Source: an uncultured Clostridia bacterium
GTDB lineage: Bacteria; Bacillota; Clostridia; Christensenellales; Borkfalkiaceae
Direction of reading: 5' to 3'
DNA: 64,000 nucleotides
Assembly: GCA_904502225.1 (NCBI GenBank)
Contig: CAJGDO010000002.1
Location: 1,425-65,424 of the forward strand
The position numbers were made by a program, and so were the translations under genes. This document shows, piece after piece, positions 61,270 to 64,000 of this stretch (positions are counted from its first letter, which is position 1; the number at the start of each line of letters is the position of its first letter). The notes beneath the pieces were generated by a model that saw nothing but the letters and a program-made list of their open reading frames with translations, made no database searches and was not told the origin of the DNA.

Positions 61270-64000
61270 ATGAAAAAAAGATTTTTCACTCTTATTCTCA
61301 CTCTTACCGCTATGCTTATGTGCATATTCGGTTTAACGGCTTGTGGCGATAAAGAAGTTTCGTTCAAACTTAATTTCGTTGTAGATAATGAAATTTATGC
61401 AACGATTGACACGAGTGGAGACGAAGTTATAGCACTTCCCGAAAATCCTACGAAAGAAACACATACTTTCGACGGTTGGTTTTGGGATAAAGACGTATGG
61501 AATAAACCGTTCACGGCAAATTCGCTTTTAGACGCACCTTTATCAAGCGATATGTCGGTTTATGCTAAATTTATCCTTAATACCATTGATGGTGTAACGT
61601 TTGAAGATGTAGAAACGACTTATGACGGCACGGAAAAAACGCTCGCCGTTAGCAATCTTCCCAACGGTGCGAGCGTTACCTATGACAAGGCAAATACATA
61701 TACTAACGCGGGCGAATATACCGTTACGGCAACTATAAGTCAAGAAAACCACGAAGATTTGCAGTTGACGGCAACGCTTAAAATCAATAAGGCTGCTTAT
61801 GATATGAGTGGTGTTGTCTTTGTGGACAAAGCCGTGACCTATAACGGCGAAAGTCATTCTATCACGGCAACGAATTTGCCCAACGGGGTGACTGTTGAAT
61901 ACACGGGCAATAATCAAACCAACGCCGACGAATATACGATAACAGCAACGTTCACGGGCGATAGCGCAAACTACGAGCCTATCGCGGACAAAACAGCAAC
62001 GCTTACTATTAATAAAGCAAGCGTATCTAAACCCACTCAAGATTCCACTTCGTTTGTATATAACGGTAACGAGCAAACGTATTTCCTTGCAGAAAATAGC
62101 CTCTATACGATTAGTGGAAATAAACAAACCAATGCAGGAAATCATACCGTAACGGTTTCCTTGAAAGATAAAAACAATTATCAATGGAGCGATGAAACTG
62201 CCACCGACCTTTCTTACTCTTTTGATATAGCAAAAGCAACCTACGATATGAGTGCGGTTGTTTTTGCGGATAAAACCGTAACCTATAATGGGGAAATTCA
62301 TTCCGTTATCGTAACGAATATTCCTAATGGCGTTAGCGTTGATTATGAAAATAACAATAAAATGAACGCCGATACTTATACCGTTATCGCAAAATTCACT
62401 GACACAACGGGAAACTATGAAAATCCTGCCGACAAAACCGCAACGCTTATTATCAATAAGGCTACCTATGATATGAGTGGTGTTGCCTTTGCAGATAAAA
62501 CCGTAACATACAATGGCAATGCGTACTCTATCGAAGCGCAAAACGTTCCGAGCGGACTTTCAGTTTCTTATACGGGTAACGATAAAACCAACGTCGATGC
62601 TTATACCGTTACGGCTACCTTTACCGATACGACGGGCAATTATGAAAATCCCGAGAATATGACGGCAACGTTGGTTATCAACAAAGCCACCATAACGGGA
62701 ATTACTTTTACAGATAAAACTGTAACCTACGATACAAAAACGCACGCGCTTGCGATTGACGGCAATCTTCCCGCTTGCGTAAAAGTGACTTATACAAATA
62801 ATGATAAAGTAAACGCAAACACGTACACAGTAACCGCTTCGTTTGCAGATACAAGCGGAAATTATATTGTACCAAATGATATGAGCGCAAAACTCATTAT
62901 TAACAAGGCAACTGTTTCGGGTATCTCTTTTGAAGATAAAACGTTCACGTATAACGGAGAAAAACGTAGCCTTGCCATTAGCGGAACGCTTCCCGAAGAA
63001 GTGACCGTTTCTTACGTCAATAACGGCAAGACTAATGCTAATACCTATAACGTAACGGCGACCTTTACTTGTGAAACGGAAAACTACGTCGTACCCGAAG
63101 ATATGACGGCGGTTCTTACGATCAAAAAAGCTATGTACGATATGAGCGAGGTTACCTTTGAAAACAAAACGGTGACCTACGACGGCAAAATCCACTCTCT
63201 TGCCGTTAGTGATAATCTGCCCGATGGCGTAACCGTAACATATGAAAACAACGATAAGATAAGTGCAAATCAATACATTGTAATCGCTATCTTTACGGGC
63301 GATTCTATCAACTATTACGCAATAGACGATATGCAAGCAATGCTTACTATCAATAAGGCAACTTATGATATGAGCAAGACACAATTCGTTGGCGGTAGAT
63401 TTACCTACGACGGAACGCCGAAGTCTATCTACGTTACGGGCAACCTTCCCGACGGCGTAACCGTAAACTATACGAACAACGGCAAAATTAATGCGAATAC
63501 GTATACTGTAACTGCAACCTTTACGGGCGATACGGAAAACTATAATAAACTTCCCGATTGGCCAGCTTCGCTTATCATTGATAAAGCAACTTACGATATG
63601 AGTGGCGTTTCGTTCAAAAATCAAACGTTTACTTATGATACAACAGCGAAGAACGCTTTAGTTACGGGAACTCTTCCCAGCGGCGTGGAAGTATCTTACG
63701 TTGGTAACGGCAAAACGGACGTTGGAACTTATAACGTAACGGCAAAGTTCAACGGCGATAGCAATAACTATCATTTGATTGAAGATATGACGGTAACTCT
63801 TAAAATCAATCAAGCCGTGCCGTATATCAAAGAAGTATCCTGCAATCAATCCTTAAACTTGTATTCAGCGGTAGAACTTATTGCCGATACCGAAGTGGCA
63901 GGTACGATTTCGCTTGATAACGGTCAAACGCTTGCGCTTGGTTATAAAACGTATTCTTGGACGTTTGTTCCCGAAGATACGCATAATTACACCAATGCAA
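61270..64000 (+). CDS. Giant surface lipoprotein with an InlB-B-type repeat and at least 10 tandem MBG-like domains. It is 3'-truncated by the window edge.
   Basis: I translated by hand from the ATG at 61270 (GGAGGA RBS). The frame stays open for 910 codons to the window end. It has a lipobox (LTAC), an FDGWFWDKDVWNKPF motif, and repeated units (INKATYDMSGVxFxDKTVTYNGxxHS...NLPxGVxVxY.N..K.NA.TYTVTA.FTGD..NY). It is absent from the ORF track because it has no stop codon in the window. Confidence 0.85.
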   Translation, partial: MKKRFFTLILTLTAMLMCIFGLTACGDKEVSFKLNFVVDNEIYATIDTSGDEVIALPENPTKETHTFDGWFWDKDVWNKPFTANSLLDAPLSSDMSVYAKFILNTIDGVTFEDVETTYDGTEKTLAVSNLPNGASVTYDKANTYTNAGEYTVTATISQENHEDLQLTATLKINKAAYDMSGVVFVDKAVTYNGESHSITATNLPNGVTVEYTGNNQTNADEYTITATFTGDSANYEPIADKTATLTINKASVSKPTQDSTSFVYNGNEQTYFLAENSLYTISGNKQTNAGNHTVTVSLKDKNNYQWSDETATDLSYSFDIAKATYDMSAVVFADKTVTYNGEIHSVIVTNIPNGVSVDYENNNKMNADTYTVIAKFTDTTGNYENPADKTATLIINKATYDMSGVAFADKTVTYNGNAYSIEAQNVPSGLSVSYTGNDKTNVDAYTVTATFTDTTGNYENPENMTATLVINKATITGITFTDKTVTYDTKTHALAIDGNLPACVKVTYTNNDKVNANTYTVTASFADTSGNYIVPNDMSAKLIINKATVSGISFEDKTFTYNGEKRSLAISGTLPEEVTVSYVNNGKTNANTYNVTATFTCETENYVVPEDMTAVLTIKKAMYDMSEVTFENKTVTYDGKIHSLAVSDNLPDGVTVTYENNDKISANQYIVIAIFTGDSINYYAIDDMQAMLTINKATYDMSKTQFVGGRFTYDGTPKSIYVTGNLPDGVTVNYTNNGKINANTYTVTATFTGDTENYNKLPDWPASLIIDKATYDMSGVSFKNQTFTYDTTAKNALVTGTLPSGVEVSYVGNGKTDVGTYNVTAKFNGDSNNYHLIEDMTVTLKINQAVPYIKEVSCNQSLNLYSAVELIADTEVAGTISLDNGQTLALGYKTYSWTFVPEDTHNYTNA
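61555..64000 (+). repeat. In-frame tandem repeats of 222-228 nt (74-76 aa MBG-like modules), at least 10 copies
   Basis: The I-N/K/D-K-A boundary motif recurs at 61783, ~62005, ~62225, 62452, 62677, 62899, 63121, 63349, 63577 and 63805. Confidence 0.85.

Larger units (their letters stand above)
59902..64000. mobile_element. Putative left end of an integrated element or genomic island at tRNA-Leu
   Basis: The order is tRNA gene, integrase, then cargo. Codon choice visibly shifts to ACG/GCG/CCC-rich, with more CG dinucleotides than the flanking core genes. The right end and att repeat are outside the window. Confidence 0.45.

Noticed and set aside
61543-63849. Three minus-strand ORFs from the track (61543..62541, 62560..63624, 63658..63849)
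   Set aside because: Their composition is odd (R/I/C/F-rich) and they have no RBS. They lie exactly antisense to a continuous + strand ORF with a lipobox, a good RBS and recognisable domain repeats. They are antisense shadow ORFs of a repeat gene.

Overview
This is about 64 kb of a low-GC chromosome from an endospore-forming Firmicutes (Clostridia-like) organism, covering the replication-origin neighbourhood. Almost all of it is core housekeeping.

Gene content, left to right:
- Sporulation and germination genes: cotF-like, ypeB, sleB, spoIIR, veg, spo0A, yyaC.
- ispE, rplM-rpsI-truA and the ECF transporter module (ecfA1-ecfA2-ecfT).
- Anaerobe redox genes: pyruvate:ferredoxin oxidoreductase, rubrerythrin, and an FTR-like protein next to thioredoxin.
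- An amino-acid ABC transporter with two binding proteins.
- Origin-associated genes: rsmG, dnaN, rpmH-rnpA-yidD-yidC-jag, recF, dnaA, mnmG, ftsH, parA, parB and two consensus parS sites. Their order is scrambled compared with the usual Firmicutes layout.
- RNase P RNA, gltX, acpS, coaE, polA.
- tRNA-Leu(CAA), followed by a tyrosine integrase and a compositionally different, highly repetitive surface-lipoprotein gene. This looks like the left end of an integrated element.

Two edge-truncated genes are missing from the ORF track because they have no stop codon in the window: 1..1857 (-) and 61270..64000 (+).

The most unusual signal is noncoding. Two paralogous elements of about 215 nt lie in opposite orientation (10365..10581 and 32557..32767). 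Each is built from many tiny hairpins of variable sequence, many with GNRA loops, separated by a conserved oriented 8-9 nt AT-rich linker. The linker orientation flips at the element centre.

Other points worth a second look:
- A promoter, long leader and 42-codon micro-ORF upstream of a 989-aa secreted protein.
- A 900-bp gene-free region carrying the parS pair.
- Several housekeeping proteins with atypical extensions or insertions (YpeB, YidC, the ABC ATPase).

No CRISPR array, rRNA operon or recognisable defence system was seen. All family assignments come from reading motifs in the translations by eye; no database search was run.
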